NCBI GenBank assembly: GCA_900316365.1
Contig: ONCO01000002.1
Span: 9,431-73,430, forward strand
DNA length: 64,000 nucleotides
Source of the DNA: an uncultured Erysipelotrichaceae bacterium
Lineage (GTDB): Bacteria; Bacillota_I; Bacilli_A; RFN20; CAG-826
Reading direction: 5' to 3'
In this document: one piece after another, positions 53,384 to 63,025 of the stretch
Position numbering within the stretch: position 1 is the first letter of the stretch
Layout: every line of letters starts with the position of its first letter
Made by a program: the position numbers and the translations under genes
Notes under the pieces: generated by a model
Databases searched by the model: none
What the model saw: the letters and a program-made list of their open reading frames with translations, nothing else
What the model was told of the DNA's origin: nothing

Positions 53384-56286
53384 TAGTCGTTGATACCGAT
53401 AAAGGTCGCTTCAGTTGGCTCGGCACTCTTGGAGCGCTTTTCGCTGAGCTGACCGACTTTCTTCTTGCGCTGCGGCATCTTGATATGGATCTTGGAGAGA
53501 CCCTTCATCAAGAGGTTCGCGAAGAACGCATAGAGGGTCAAAGTCAAGACGACAGAGACGAGGATGCCGACGATTAAGGAGCAATAGATGGCATTGAAGG
53601 AGACCGGGCCGATAAGTAAGTAGGCTAAGGCGGCCCAAGCGATGATGAGCGCTAAGACTAAGAGTTCGTAAGCGTTCTGAGAGGTGGCCTTCATCAAGGA
53701 ATCAGCCTTAATCTCAACGAGGGTGCGGGTCTTATCGTGACCGAGGTCTTTCTGCACTTCTTTCGCTTTCTGCATAACGATGAGGTTAATAAGGAGAGCG
53801 ATGACCGCAGTGCCGACAGCGCCGAGAGCGACGACTGGGGTAACTGGGATGCGGGTGATGACGAAGAAGGCAACGGCAAGGAAGCTAGCGGCGAAAGAAG
53901 AGATGGCCGCAACAAATGCGCGGGAGATGCCATGACGGATCATGAGGTAAGCCATAGCAACCGCAAGGCCAACGCCGACGCTAAGGGCGATGCGGCCAAG
54001 GTTTGGCTCGCTCTCAGTTCCCTTGATGTTGTTGGCGGAGACCAAGATTGGGGTGACGGAAGAGCCGTCAGCAACGCTATTTGGATAATAGGAACGGACA
54101 AGGGCTTCGAGGGCATCGCCTAAATTGGAGAAGCCATCTTTTCCACCATCCTTAAGAGTGACCTGGAAGGCTTCATAGGTGTTGCCATCAACTTTATAAG
54201 TTGGGTAGTCCTTATCAGCATCGATGAAGGTCGGGAGTTTGATGGAATAGAAGTACCAGTCATAACGGACCTTATTCTCGGAATCGTAGGTGCTATAGCA
54301 TTCATCGCTATAGGAGATGGATGGGACGATATCATCTTCGGAAGCATAGAGCTTATCGAAGGAAGTGCCATTGAAGGCGATGTTACGGAGCAAGGAGTTC
54401 TTGGCCTCGATGTTGCCAGGCTTGGTTTCATCGACGGTCTTGTCAGCTTCGTATTCGTAGGTCTTGTAGAAGACGGCGACGTTATTAAGAACGGTGTCGT
54501 TGTTCTTAGCGGCGTCAGCGGCGAGCTGAGCGGTTCTGGCTTCGAAGAGGAGCTCGGTTTCCTGAGCGCCTAAGGTTGGGTCATTGTAGACGGTGCCTTT
54601 GACGACGCCGAAGGAGATCATCATGGCGATGCCGGCAACGACGAGCGCACCGAGGATGCCACCGCTCCATTTCTTGCCTTTGGAGAAATCCTTCTCGGCG
54701 AAGGTTCCTTCATAGGTTGGCTTTTCCTCTTTCATGAGGTCTGGGATCTTATCTTCTTTGATACCGAGCATCTTCGGGAAGGAGCTCTGCATACCATTAT
54801 CGTTATATAAGAGCCAAGAGGAGATACGGTAGACGATGAGGTTCATGAGGGCGCTGATGACACCACCAGTGGCGAGCATGATACCGAGTTTAGAAGCAAG
54901 GTCGCCGGCGAAGATATAGGTGAAGACGCCGATGACGATGGTGACGACGGAAGCGTCGATGGTCGGCCAGAAGGCTTTCTTAGCGCCTTCAGCGGCGGCT
55001 TTCTTCAAAGTACGGCCGCGATAGATCTCTTCTTTGACCTTCGCGTTGTAGTAGATCTCAGAGCCGATGCTTAAGGCGGCGACGATGAGAAGGCCGAACA
55101 AGGCGGCGATATTAAACTGGGAACCGAAGACGGTGAACATCAAGAAGGTCAAGAAGGTGGTCATGCCAGTGACACCAATCATCTGGATGGCGTTGATCTT
55201 CTCGAACATAACGAGGAGAGCGCAGAAGATGGCGACAGCCACAAGGGTGGCAACTAAGGTTCTGCCAAAGGCAGCTTCACGATGCTTGCCGGTTAAAGCG
55301 ACGAGGTTTTCGACAGTCGCAGTAGATTTGGAGCTATAGAGGAAGTCGACGGTGTAGTCGAGTTCTTCAGCGTTGATCATATTTTTGAGGTAGCTGGCTT
55401 CACGATATGGTTCGCTCTTATCTTCAGAGGAGATCGTGGTTGGGACGAGCATGAGATATGGCTTTTCCTTATCGGTGTCAGTGCTCTCATACCAGACGGA
55501 ACGGGTGGTAGAACCGGCTTCCTGGAAGATGATGCGGGATTTGACGTTGGCGTCGTTGACGTCGACCTGGCCTTCGGCTGGGACGTCGCCATCCTGCTTG
55601 TTGCCCCAAAGGATGATATCCATGGTCTTGGATTCATCGACGTCCTCGGTGGAGGAATCGTCTTCTTTGGTGTTGGCTTCGCAATACTTCATTAAATCGT
55701 TGAAGTGCTGGCGATAATCACCGGCTTCGCGGATTGGAAGGACGCAGACTGGATAAGATGGGCCGGACTGCGATTCGATGTATTCGATGTGGGCTTCCAT
55801 GCCATCGAAAAGTTCGTCTAAGCCCTGGTCTGGGTAGGAGGTGCTATCGTCATCGCCGCTGTTGATGATGTTGGCGGCGCTGATGGAGAGATGTTTGCCG
55901 GAGAAGGAAAGGTAATTCTCAAGTCTCTCGTATTCGAGAGAGGTCTGATTGGCTGGCTTAACGGTGACGTTGACGGTGTTATAGCCAACGGTTCTGACGT
56001 CAAAGCCGGAAACGCCCCAGTTATTGAGGCGGGAACGCATCATATCAGCGGCTTTGTTGACGGTGTCGTAGGCATCCTGGCCATCAAGGTTAAGGTCGGC
56101 ATTGTCGATCGGATCGTAGAATTCGCGCTGACCGCCTTTCTCCTTATCGGTGATACGGAAAGTCAAAGTCTGACCACCGCTATAGGAAATATCCGAGTTC
56201 ATGTCAGTGATCGTCGGGGCGATGGAAACCGCAGTACCGATGAGCATGGCCGAACTTAGGAGTATGTAAGAGAGAAGACGACGCAT
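53383..56286 (-). CDS. secDF: fused protein translocase subunit SecDF (967 aa)
   Basis: Two blocks of 6 TM helices with large extracytoplasmic loops. Position upstream of recJ as in Bacillus. Confidence 0.85.
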   Translation of the reverse strand: MRRLLSYILLSSAMLIGTAVSIAPTITDMNSDISYSGGQTLTFRITDKEKGGQREFYDPIDNADLNLDGQDAYDTVNKAADMMRSRLNNWGVSGFDVRTVGYNTVNVTVKPANQTSLEYERLENYLSFSGKHLSISAANIINSGDDDSTSYPDQGLDELFDGMEAHIEYIESQSGPSYPVCVLPIREAGDYRQHFNDLMKYCEANTKEDDSSTEDVDESKTMDIILWGNKQDGDVPAEGQVDVNDANVKSRIIFQEAGSTTRSVWYESTDTDKEKPYLMLVPTTISSEDKSEPYREASYLKNMINAEELDYTVDFLYSSKSTATVENLVALTGKHREAAFGRTLVATLVAVAIFCALLVMFEKINAIQMIGVTGMTTFLTFLMFTVFGSQFNIAALFGLLIVAALSIGSEIYYNAKVKEEIYRGRTLKKAAAEGAKKAFWPTIDASVVTIVIGVFTYIFAGDLASKLGIMLATGGVISALMNLIVYRISSWLLYNDNGMQSSFPKMLGIKEDKIPDLMKEEKPTYEGTFAEKDFSKGKKWSGGILGALVVAGIAMMISFGVVKGTVYNDPTLGAQETELLFEARTAQLAADAAKNNDTVLNNVAVFYKTYEYEADKTVDETKPGNIEAKNSLLRNIAFNGTSFDKLYASEDDIVPSISYSDECYSTYDSENKVRYDWYFYSIKLPTFIDADKDYPTYKVDGNTYEAFQVTLKDGGKDGFSNLGDALEALVRSYYPNSVADGSSVTPILVSANNIKGTESEPNLGRIALSVGVGLAVAMAYLMIRHGISRAFVAAISSFAASFLAVAFFVITRIPVTPVVALGAVGTAVIALLINLIVMQKAKEVQKDLGHDKTRTLVEIKADSLMKATSQNAYELLVLALIIAWAALAYLLIGPVSFNAIYCSLIVGILVSVVLTLTLYAFFANLLMKGLSKIHIKMPQRKKKVGQLSEKRSKSAEPTEATFIGIND

Positions 56287-56411
56287 AGGAAACCTCCGAG
56301 GAGCGACTGAATTATGTATAATTCACGCTTGCGTTTAATAGGATACTCTTTTAGACCCCTCCTATCAACCATAAATAAAGCGTAAAAACCGCACCCTTTC
56401 TAAAGAAACGG

Positions 56412-56441
56412 CGAAAGAAAAGCACTCGCTCGGGAGTGCTT
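56412..56441 (-). terminator. rho-independent terminator after ruvB
   Basis: The minus strand reads aagcactc-ccgagc-gagtgctt followed by ttctttc. Confidence 0.85.
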
Positions 56442-56442
56442 A

Positions 56443-57453
56443 TCAGAACAAGGAACCCTGATGGGCTTTTTTGAGGTGTTTATAAGCCTTTTCGGTGACT
56501 ACTCTTCCGCGTGGTGTGCGGTTGATCATACCGATCATCAAGAGGTATGGTTCATAGACGTCTTCGAGGTTCTGGATTTCCTCGCCGATGGAGGAGGCGA
56601 TGGTCTCCAAACCAACCGGTCCGCCATGGAAACGTTCGATGATGGCTGTTAAATATTTGATGTCGACATCGTCGAGACCGAGCTCGTCAATCTTAAGGGC
56701 ATTAAGCGCTTCGTTGGTCGCCTCGACGGAGATTTCCTTATCTTCGTGATAGGTGGCGAAGTCTCTAACGCGGCGGTAGATCCTATTGGCGATACGCGGG
56801 GTGCCCCTGCTTCTTTCGGCGATTAACATCGCCGCTTCTTCGGAGATCGGCATCTCGAGGACTTTCGCAGTCCTCATGACGATTTCCTTTAAATCCTCGG
56901 CCGGATAGAAGTCGATTTTGGCGGAAATGCCAAATCTGGCGCGTAAAGGAGAAGACAAATCGCCCGCTCTGGTGGTCGCACCGACAAGGGTGAACGGAGG
57001 GAGAGGGAGAGTTAAGGCTTTAGAGGTTCCATCGCTATTGACGAGGAAGGAAAGCTGATAATCTTCCATCGCGCCATAAAGGACTTCTTCCACCACGCGC
57101 GGCAAACGATGAATCTCATCAATGAAGAGGACATCGCCTGGCTCAAGTTCGGTGAGAATCGCTGCAAGGTCGCCTGTTTTCTCAATCGCCGGGCCGTTGA
57201 TGGTCTTGATTTTGGAACCAAGTTCGTTGGCGATGACGTAGGCCAAGGTGGTTTTACCTAAGCCTGGCGGGCCGTATAAAAGGACATGGTCGAGCGGTTC
57301 TTCTCTCTTCTTGGCGGCGCCGATAAAGACCTTAAGGTTCTTCTTCAGTTCCCTCTGGCCGATATATTCGGAAAGGCGCTGCGGGCGAAGCGAAAGTTCG
57401 CTGCCCTCGTCTTCCTTTTCTTTTTTCGCGTCTAAAAGTCTCGACATAATCAA
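56443..57453 (-). CDS. ruvB: Holliday junction branch migration helicase RuvB
   Basis: AAA+ Walker [16 protein letters not shown], sensor residues. Confidence 0.97.
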   Translation of the reverse strand: MIMSRLLDAKKEKEDEGSELSLRPQRLSEYIGQRELKKNLKVFIGAAKKREEPLDHVLLYGPPGLGKTTLAYVIANELGSKIKTINGPAIEKTGDLAAILTELEPGDVLFIDEIHRLPRVVEEVLYGAMEDYQLSFLVNSDGTSKALTLPLPPFTLVGATTRAGDLSSPLRARFGISAKIDFYPAEDLKEIVMRTAKVLEMPISEEAAMLIAERSRGTPRIANRIYRRVRDFATYHEDKEISVEATNEALNALKIDELGLDDVDIKYLTAIIERFHGGPVGLETIASSIGEEIQNLEDVYEPYLLMIGMINRTPRGRVVTEKAYKHLKKAHQGSLF

Positions 57454-58016
57454 TCTTTCTTTTTGCTGAGAGCTCTAAGGGCTAAACGGAGAATCTCCTG
57501 GTTGCTCGCGCCTGGCTCGTTAATGGAGGAAAGGGCATCATCAACCTCTTTGACCTTGAAGCCCATCTGCTTAAGCGCTTGGCGGACCTCGTCGTATTGA
57601 GTTGGGTTACCTTTCGCATCGCTTTCGATGAGTTTGCCCTTAAGGTCAAGGATGATCTGGGCCGCGGCTTTAGGACCGATGCCCGGGAGTTTCTTGAGAT
57701 ATGCGGTATTGTTGGCCTGGATGGCTTTGAATAAGTCATCGGCGTTAGTCGCGCTTAAAGCATTGAGTGCAGTCTTAGGACCGATGCCTTTGACCTGAAT
57801 CAAAGAATAGAAGGCCTCTTTCTCGAGTTCGGAGAGGAAGCCGACCAAATAATGGTCGTCCTCACTGATTACCTCGTGGGTAAAGACCTTGACTTCCTGC
57901 CCAAGGGAAAAGTCGTCTGGATGGGAGGACAAGACCTCATATCCGACGTTATTGACATTGATGATGATCGCGTCTTTTCTGACGGCTTCGACTTGGCCTT
58001 TGAGGAAGTAAATCAT
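57450..58016 (-). CDS. ruvA: Holliday junction DNA-binding protein RuvA
   Basis: MIYFLKGQV..., HhH motifs ([18 protein letters not shown]). Confidence 0.93.
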   Translation of the reverse strand: MIYFLKGQVEAVRKDAIIINVNNVGYEVLSSHPDDFSLGQEVKVFTHEVISEDDHYLVGFLSELEKEAFYSLIQVKGIGPKTALNALSATNADDLFKAIQANNTAYLKKLPGIGPKAAAQIILDLKGKLIESDAKGNPTQYDEVRQALKQMGFKVKEVDDALSSINEPGASNQEILRLALRALSKKKD

Positions 58017-58114
58017 GAGTGGAATAAAGCTATGAATAAGAGAATCAGCACCAAAGGAAGAAATGTGGCGATAATCGCTACAAGGCTCTCTTTGCGGGAC
58101 TCTTTTTTCTCCAT
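58013..58114 (-). CDS. candidate 33-aa single-pass membrane peptide (too short for the ORF track)
   Basis: [33 protein letters not shown]. Its TGA overlaps the ruvA ATG (ATGA). TATAAT sits 6 nt upstream of the ATG. No SD. Confidence 0.35.
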   Translation of the reverse strand: MEKKESRKESLVAIIATFLPLVLILLFIALFHS

Positions 58115-58120
58115 GTTTGA

Positions 58121-58126
58121 ATTATA
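58121..58126 (-). promoter_or_regulatory. TATAAT box 6 nt upstream of the small-ORF ATG (leaderless candidate; could also drive ruvAB)
   Basis: The minus strand reads ggttTATAATtcaaacATG. Confidence 0.4.
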
Positions 58127-58151
58127 AACCAATAAACGGTAAGCAAAACGC

Positions 58152-59429
58152 CTAATCGTTATATTCGAATTGGAAATCACCGATCATGACGTTATCGCCA
58201 TTCTTCGCGCCGCGCTTCCTGAGTTCTTCGTCGACGCCGATACGGTTTAAGTAAGATATGAGCTTGGCCACGCCTTCATCGGTGGTCAGGTTGATCATGG
58301 CAAAGTGATTCATGACCTTCTCGCCAGAGATGATCCAGAGGAAATCCTTTGGATGGCTGAGGATGAATGGGGCTTTGGCCGCTTCGACATGAGCATCGTA
58401 GACCTTCATGCCTCCGGTCTCCTCTTCACCCTTCCAGAGCTTGAATTCTGGGGTCTTGGTGACGAGTTCGTAGGCCTTCTTCATGAGGATCTCAACACCA
58501 TCATCGGTTAAGGCGGAAATGCCATAGGAGACGATGCCGGTCTTCTTATCGAATTCGGCTTTTCTCTCCTCTGCTCCTTCGCAGTCCATCTTTGAAGCCA
58601 CCACAATCTGCGGGCGTTCCTCAAGACCGGCGCCATAATCCTTAAGCTCCTCATTGATGGTGAGGTAATCTGTGTATGGATCTCTTTCGCCGTCCATCGA
58701 GACAACATGAATTAAGACACGGCATCTTTCGATGTGGCGTAAGAATTGAATACCAAGTCCTTTGCCTTCATGGGCGCCTTTGATTAACCCAGGCATATCC
58801 GCGAGGATGAATTGGTTACGGTCTGGGAGGGTGACGACACCGAGGTTCGGGATAAGGGTCGTGAATGGATAATCGGCCGTTGGGACATTGGCCTTGGAAA
58901 CGATGTTTAAGAGAGTGCTCTTACCAACGCTTGGGAAGCCGATAAGACCGGCATCAGCAAGCATCTTTAATTCGAGCACGACGCGCTTTTTCTCACCTGG
59001 GGCGCCGTTTTCAGCGATGCGAGGAATACGGTTTCTAGACGATTTGAAAGCCGCATTACCGCGTCCACCGCGTCCGCCTTTGGCGACTTCGAAACGGTCA
59101 CCTTCATTCTTTAAGTCGGCAAGGAAAGTGCCGTCTTCTAAAGTGACGACGGTGCCGACAGGAACTTCGGCGATGCAGTCCGCGCCATTATGGCCATAAC
59201 GGAGTTTCTTATCGCCCTTCTCGCCATCTTCGGCGATCAAGGCTTTGCTATGACGATAGCTCAAAAGGGTGTTGACGTTCTTTTTGGCAACGAGGAAAAC
59301 GCTGCCGCCCTTACCGCCGTTTCCGCCGTCCGGGCCGCCTTTTGGCATATTCTTCTCTTGGAGGAAGGAAAGGGCGCCATTGCCACCGTTTCCGCTCCTG
59401 ACTTCTATTACAACGCGATCAATCAGCAT
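58152..59429 (-). CDS. obg: GTPase Obg/CgtA
   Basis: Gly-rich Obg fold (GGNGGKGG), GFPSVGKST, DMPGLI, C-terminal OCT domain. Confidence 0.97.
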   Translation of the reverse strand: MLIDRVVIEVRSGNGGNGALSFLQEKNMPKGGPDGGNGGKGGSVFLVAKKNVNTLLSYRHSKALIAEDGEKGDKKLRYGHNGADCIAEVPVGTVVTLEDGTFLADLKNEGDRFEVAKGGRGGRGNAAFKSSRNRIPRIAENGAPGEKKRVVLELKMLADAGLIGFPSVGKSTLLNIVSKANVPTADYPFTTLIPNLGVVTLPDRNQFILADMPGLIKGAHEGKGLGIQFLRHIERCRVLIHVVSMDGERDPYTDYLTINEELKDYGAGLEERPQIVVASKMDCEGAEERKAEFDKKTGIVSYGISALTDDGVEILMKKAYELVTKTPEFKLWKGEEETGGMKVYDAHVEAAKAPFILSHPKDFLWIISGEKVMNHFAMINLTTDEGVAKLISYLNRIGVDEELRKRGAKNGDNVMIGDFQFEYND

Positions 59430-60172
59430 AATTTCTCCTTTTCTTCGGGAGTCAAAATGTAGTTCTTCTTGTTCTTCTTGATAAGGCGAAGGTCCTTCAT
59501 GAATTTCATCGAGTTCTTGACGACTTTGACGCTGGAATCAGGGTCATTTCTCCAGATGCAAGGAATGTCCTTAATCTTGAAGCCGTTGAGCTGGAGGAAA
59601 TAGCAATATTCGACATCGAAGGCAAAGCCAGAGATGATCTGACGTTTGACCATTTCCTTCGCGACGCTGGTCCTGAAGGCTTTGAATCCGCACTGGGTAT
59701 CGCTCACGCCTTTGAAATGGAACTGCCATCTGATTTTGGTGCGGCTGAGGACATGGATAATGCGACGCATGAAGGTCTGCTTCGGGTTGACGACGCTCTC
59801 CTTCAAATCACGGGAAGCGAAGAAAGCATCGTAATTATTTAAATCCTTCTTGATGGCTTCGGTTGCACTTAAGTCAGTGGCTAAGTCGCAATCCATGAAT
59901 AAAACGTAATCGCTATCCGCGGTTTCGATGCCCTTCTTAACCGCACCGCCCTTACCGGCCGCGCCGTCATTCTTAATCAAGTGCACGTGCGCAGGTAAAT
60001 CAGCCATCGCATTCTCAAGCTTCAAAGACTCTTCTTCGGAGCTGTGGTCATTGACGATGATGATGTCATAAGTGAGTCCAGACTTATCGTAATAAGGCAG
60101 GACCTGCTCATGGAGGTTACGGATTAATTTGTCCGCCTGATTCTTGATTGGGAAGATAAGGGTGAGTTTCAT
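59423..60172 (-). CDS. family 2 glycosyltransferase (dolichyl-phosphate glucosyltransferase-like)
   Basis: GT-A fold: IIIVNDHSSEE, FMDCDLATD (DxD), QCGFKAF. Overlaps the obg start by 7 nt. Confidence 0.85.
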   Translation of the reverse strand: MKLTLIFPIKNQADKLIRNLHEQVLPYYDKSGLTYDIIIVNDHSSEEESLKLENAMADLPAHVHLIKNDGAAGKGGAVKKGIETADSDYVLFMDCDLATDLSATEAIKKDLNNYDAFFASRDLKESVVNPKQTFMRRIIHVLSRTKIRWQFHFKGVSDTQCGFKAFRTSVAKEMVKRQIISGFAFDVEYCYFLQLNGFKIKDIPCIWRNDPDSSVKVVKNSMKFMKDLRLIKKNKKNYILTPEEKEKLC

Positions 60173-60261
60173 AAGGTATTTCTCGTGCTGGAAAATATTT
60201 TACACTACTTAAAGCACGCACAAAGAGCAAAAAGAGAACAAAGTTCTCACTTTGGTAAAAT

Positions 60262-60291
60262 TAAAGAAAAGCCCTCCGTCATTGGAGGGCT
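60262..60291 (-). terminator. rho-independent terminator after rpmA
   Basis: gccctcc-gtcatt-ggagggc flanked by A/T runs. Confidence 0.85.
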
Positions 60292-60315
60292 ATTTTGTTC
60301 TAGCTAACGAAGAGC

Positions 60316-60606
60316 TTATTTGGCTTCTTCGGCGTAGACGGAGATCTGTTTGCCAGAACGTCCGACGCGCTCGAACTTGACGGTTCCGGAGATCGTCGCG
60401 AATAAGGTGTCATCGCCACCCATTTTCACGTTGTGACCCGCAAGAACTTTGCTGCCCCTCTGACGATAGAGGATGCTGCCAGCGGTGACAACCTGGCCAT
60501 CGCCGACTTTCGCACCTAAGCGGCGGCCAGCGGAATCACGGCCGTTCTTAGTGGAACCAACGCCCTTCTTGGAAGCGAAGAGCTGGAGATTTAAAACGAA
60601 TTTCAT
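60316..60606 (-). CDS. rpmA: 50S ribosomal protein L27 with N-terminal propeptide
   Basis: [25 protein letters not shown]... This is the Firmicutes-type cleavable extension. Confidence 0.95.
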   Translation of the reverse strand: MKFVLNLQLFASKKGVGSTKNGRDSAGRRLGAKVGDGQVVTAGSILYRQRGSKVLAGHNVKMGGDDTLFATISGTVKFERVGRSGKQISVYAEEAK

Positions 60607-60610
60607 TTGC

Positions 60611-60922
60611 TTAGTCCTTCCTTTCTTTGATTTCGAGAGCACCATGATTGGATTCCTCGATGGTTTTGAGTTGAATGATGAACGTCTCAATGACGGTCAT
60701 GTCATGCTCATCAATGTGTCCCTTTGCAACGACTTCGACGTCACCTTCTTCAATGGAGATGTCGTAGGAATCTTCTTGCTCGAGGGCATTGAGTGCACCG
60801 ATCGTTACCGCGCTAACCGCGGCGCAGACGAGGTCGTGGCCATATTCGGCCGTATTGGCGTGGCCGCGAACACGAATGTGGTCTAGACCGTTGCCTTTGT
60901 ACTGGATCTCGACTTTGATCAT
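60611..60922 (-). CDS. prp: ribosomal-processing cysteine protease Prp (YsxB)
   Basis: Lies between rplU and rpmA. GHA...[11 protein letters not shown] motif (His/Cys dyad). Confidence 0.88.
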   Translation of the reverse strand: MIKVEIQYKGNGLDHIRVRGHANTAEYGHDLVCAAVSAVTIGALNALEQEDSYDISIEEGDVEVVAKGHIDEHDMTVIETFIIQLKTIEESNHGALEIKERKD

Positions 60923-60930
60923 AAACTCAA

Positions 60931-61239
60931 TTAAGCGTTGATAGCTTTGATGACGAGGCAAGTATATGGCTGTCTGTGGCCCTGCTTCTTACGCTCATTG
61001 GCCTTAGCCTTGTACTTGTAGATGGTGACCTTCTTGGAAAGGCCCTGTTTTTCGACTTTGGCTTCGACGGTCGCACCCTTAACGTATGGAGCACCGACTT
61101 TGGTGCTTTCTCCACCGATGAAGAGAACCTTATCGAGGGTAACTTCTTTGCCTTCTTCGGCATCGAGCTTCTCGACGTAGATTTTGTCGCCAACAGCGAC
61201 TTTGACCTGTTTGCCGCCAGTCTCAACGATTGCGTACAT
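60931..61239 (-). CDS. rplU: 50S ribosomal protein L21
   Basis: [14 protein letters not shown]... 102 aa. Confidence 0.97.
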   Translation of the reverse strand: MYAIVETGGKQVKVAVGDKIYVEKLDAEEGKEVTLDKVLFIGGESTKVGAPYVKGATVEAKVEKQGLSKKVTIYKYKAKANERKKQGHRQPYTCLVIKAINA

Positions 61240-61390
61240 GTTTGTTTCCTCCTTGCTTGCTTTTAATGATTACTCGCTATGAAGGCCCAGGATTTGACCT
61301 GATTAGCTGCCTTTTCTATGCGGTTGCACGCCCAAAGCAGGAGGCGACAACGCGTTAAGTATACGCACTTTTTCCCTTAAGGGAAGAAAA
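61240..61390 (-). promoter_or_regulatory. structured 5' leader of the rplU-prp-rpmA operon (possible L21-leader-type autoregulatory RNA)
   Basis: 167-nt spacer with nested stems (cgcc..ggcg; aggc..cagg-tcaaat-cctg..gcct) before SD aaggagg. Family membership not verified. Confidence 0.35.
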
Positions 61391-61406
61391 ATGTTCTCTT
61401 TTTTGC

Positions 61407-62084
61407 TTATTTTCGTTCGGTCAGGGAATAGCTTTTTGCTATTAGGGAGAGGATTTCTTTGTCGTCTTGGGAGTCGTCAAGGATGATGGAGAGCCAGCTT
61501 TTCTTGTTCATGTGGTATGCCAACTCGTATCCGTCAAATTTGATTAGTTCGCATATCTCCTCGGGTTTTAGTTTGACATTAATGACATCGGTCAATGAAT
61601 CATCATTCCTGCCGAACTTGCTATAAGGAACCTGCATGATGATGCCAAACCACTTCAAAGAGTCTTTATGACGGAAGACGCTAGGATCATCGAAAGATTG
61701 CCCCCAAAGCCATTCCGGGTCGACATGATAGTCTTTTTTGATGGCTTTAACGATTCGTTCCGCTTGCTCGGTTTTGTAACGCCTCGTACTTGTGCACGAT
61801 GCACGAATGGAAAAGAGGAGTTCCTCGAAAGCATTCCTTACTTTGTTATGGAAATCACCTTGGACTCCATCGACGTTTAGGAGGAGGTACTCTTCCCCCA
61901 CCGCATTATCGTTCAGACGGCCATAGAAGCCCTTATCGGTTGAATAGAAAACCTCAGCCTCAAAAGAGCCTTCCAAAATTGGGGCGTGATATTCGTAAAC
62001 GCCACCTACCTCTCGGAAGCCGAAAGAAAGAAGTTTCTTTACGTCGACGATACTTCTTTGAAACGTTCTCGCGAATAGATCCAC
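61407..62084 (-). CDS. MmcQ/YjbR-family protein with N-terminal extension
   Basis: C-terminal half matches the YjbR pattern (FRHKDSLKWFGIIM..., YHMNKKSWLSIILD). Confidence 0.72.
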   Translation of the reverse strand: MDLFARTFQRSIVDVKKLLSFGFREVGGVYEYHAPILEGSFEAEVFYSTDKGFYGRLNDNAVGEEYLLLNVDGVQGDFHNKVRNAFEELLFSIRASCTSTRRYKTEQAERIVKAIKKDYHVDPEWLWGQSFDDPSVFRHKDSLKWFGIIMQVPYSKFGRNDDSLTDVINVKLKPEEICELIKFDGYELAYHMNKKSWLSIILDDSQDDKEILSLIAKSYSLTERK

Positions 62085-62099
62085 GCATATATTATGCGC

Positions 62100-62351
62100 C
62101 TAGGAAAGGGTCGTTGGCACGTCGACCATATGCGATTGCAGGTCCTGGAGATAATTGAGGTAACAATGCATCAAGAAGAGGAAATCCTCGAATTGGACCA
62201 TGACGATCCCTTTACGGGACTCTTCTTCCTTATGTAGAAGCACTGGAGTGCCCTCTAGAACCGTTTTCTCAACGCCTTTGACGTTCTTATGGTAGGAGGT
62301 AAAAGAAACGCTCTTCATGTCCCCTACCGCTTTGATGATGTTTTGCTTCAT
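62100..62351 (-). CDS. hypothetical protein (83 aa)
   Basis: ATGA overlap with the radC stop. No recognisable family. Confidence 0.5.
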   Translation of the reverse strand: MKQNIIKAVGDMKSVSFTSYHKNVKGVEKTVLEGTPVLLHKEEESRKGIVMVQFEDFLFLMHCYLNYLQDLQSHMVDVPTTLS

Positions 62352-63022
62352 ATCAGTTTGCTCTCCCTGAATGAGTAATAGCCTTCGCGGCTCACGATGA
62401 TGTGGTCGAGCATGGTGATGCCGAGCTCTTGCATATCCTTGGCAAGCCGAAAACTGCGGTCCACGTCTTCCGGAGAAGGAAGAGGGTTTCCGCTAGGATG
62501 GTTATGGACGAGGACGAAGCGGTCCGCGTAATTGGTTAAGAGTTCTGAGACGATCTCTTTGTTGCTAAAGGGCATCTCTTTCTCCGTGCCGCGATAGATG
62601 AGTTTCTCTTTCTTGAGTTTCTTCTTGCGGCTAGACATCAAAAGGAAGAGCTCCTCTTGGTTTTCCTCGAGTAACTTTGGCTTATATTTCTCATAGAGGT
62701 AATCAGGCGTATATTCCTCGTTTTCCTCCAGATACTGGACCAAGGCGATTCTTTTGGCGAGTTCAAAAGTGGCTAATAGCCTCAAGATTTTGGCTTTGGA
62801 GACGCCACTATATTCGAGCAATGACGGGAATGGCGCTCTAGTTAAGCCGAGCAAACCCCCATAACCCTCCATCAAGGTCATGGATAACTCGACCGCGTTC
62901 ATCCCCGGTTTCCCTGAGCCGAGGATCAACGCGATGAGTTCGCTTTCGCTTAAGGCGCCGATTCCTTTCTCCATGGCTTTCTCGCGTGGCCGATCGGAGA
63001 GAGGAAGATCTTTAATCTTCAT
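62348..63022 (-). CDS. radC: RadC-like JAB/MPN-domain protein
   Basis: HhH-like N-terminus (SDRPREK..., ELIALILGSG) and JAMM motif HNHPSGNPLPSPED. Confidence 0.9.
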   Translation of the reverse strand: MKIKDLPLSDRPREKAMEKGIGALSESELIALILGSGKPGMNAVELSMTLMEGYGGLLGLTRAPFPSLLEYSGVSKAKILRLLATFELAKRIALVQYLEENEEYTPDYLYEKYKPKLLEENQEELFLLMSSRKKKLKKEKLIYRGTEKEMPFSNKEIVSELLTNYADRFVLVHNHPSGNPLPSPEDVDRSFRLAKDMQELGITMLDHIIVSREGYYSFRESKLI

Positions 63023-63025
63023 AAC

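Noticed and set aside
56420-56441. CIRCE-like inverted repeat AGCACTC-n6-GAGTGCT downstream of ruvB
   Set aside because: The arms resemble the HrcA operator (TTAGCACTC-n9-GAGTGCTAA), but the spacer is 6 nt rather than 9. The repeat sits right after the ruvB stop and is followed by a T run, so it is most simply the ruvB terminator.
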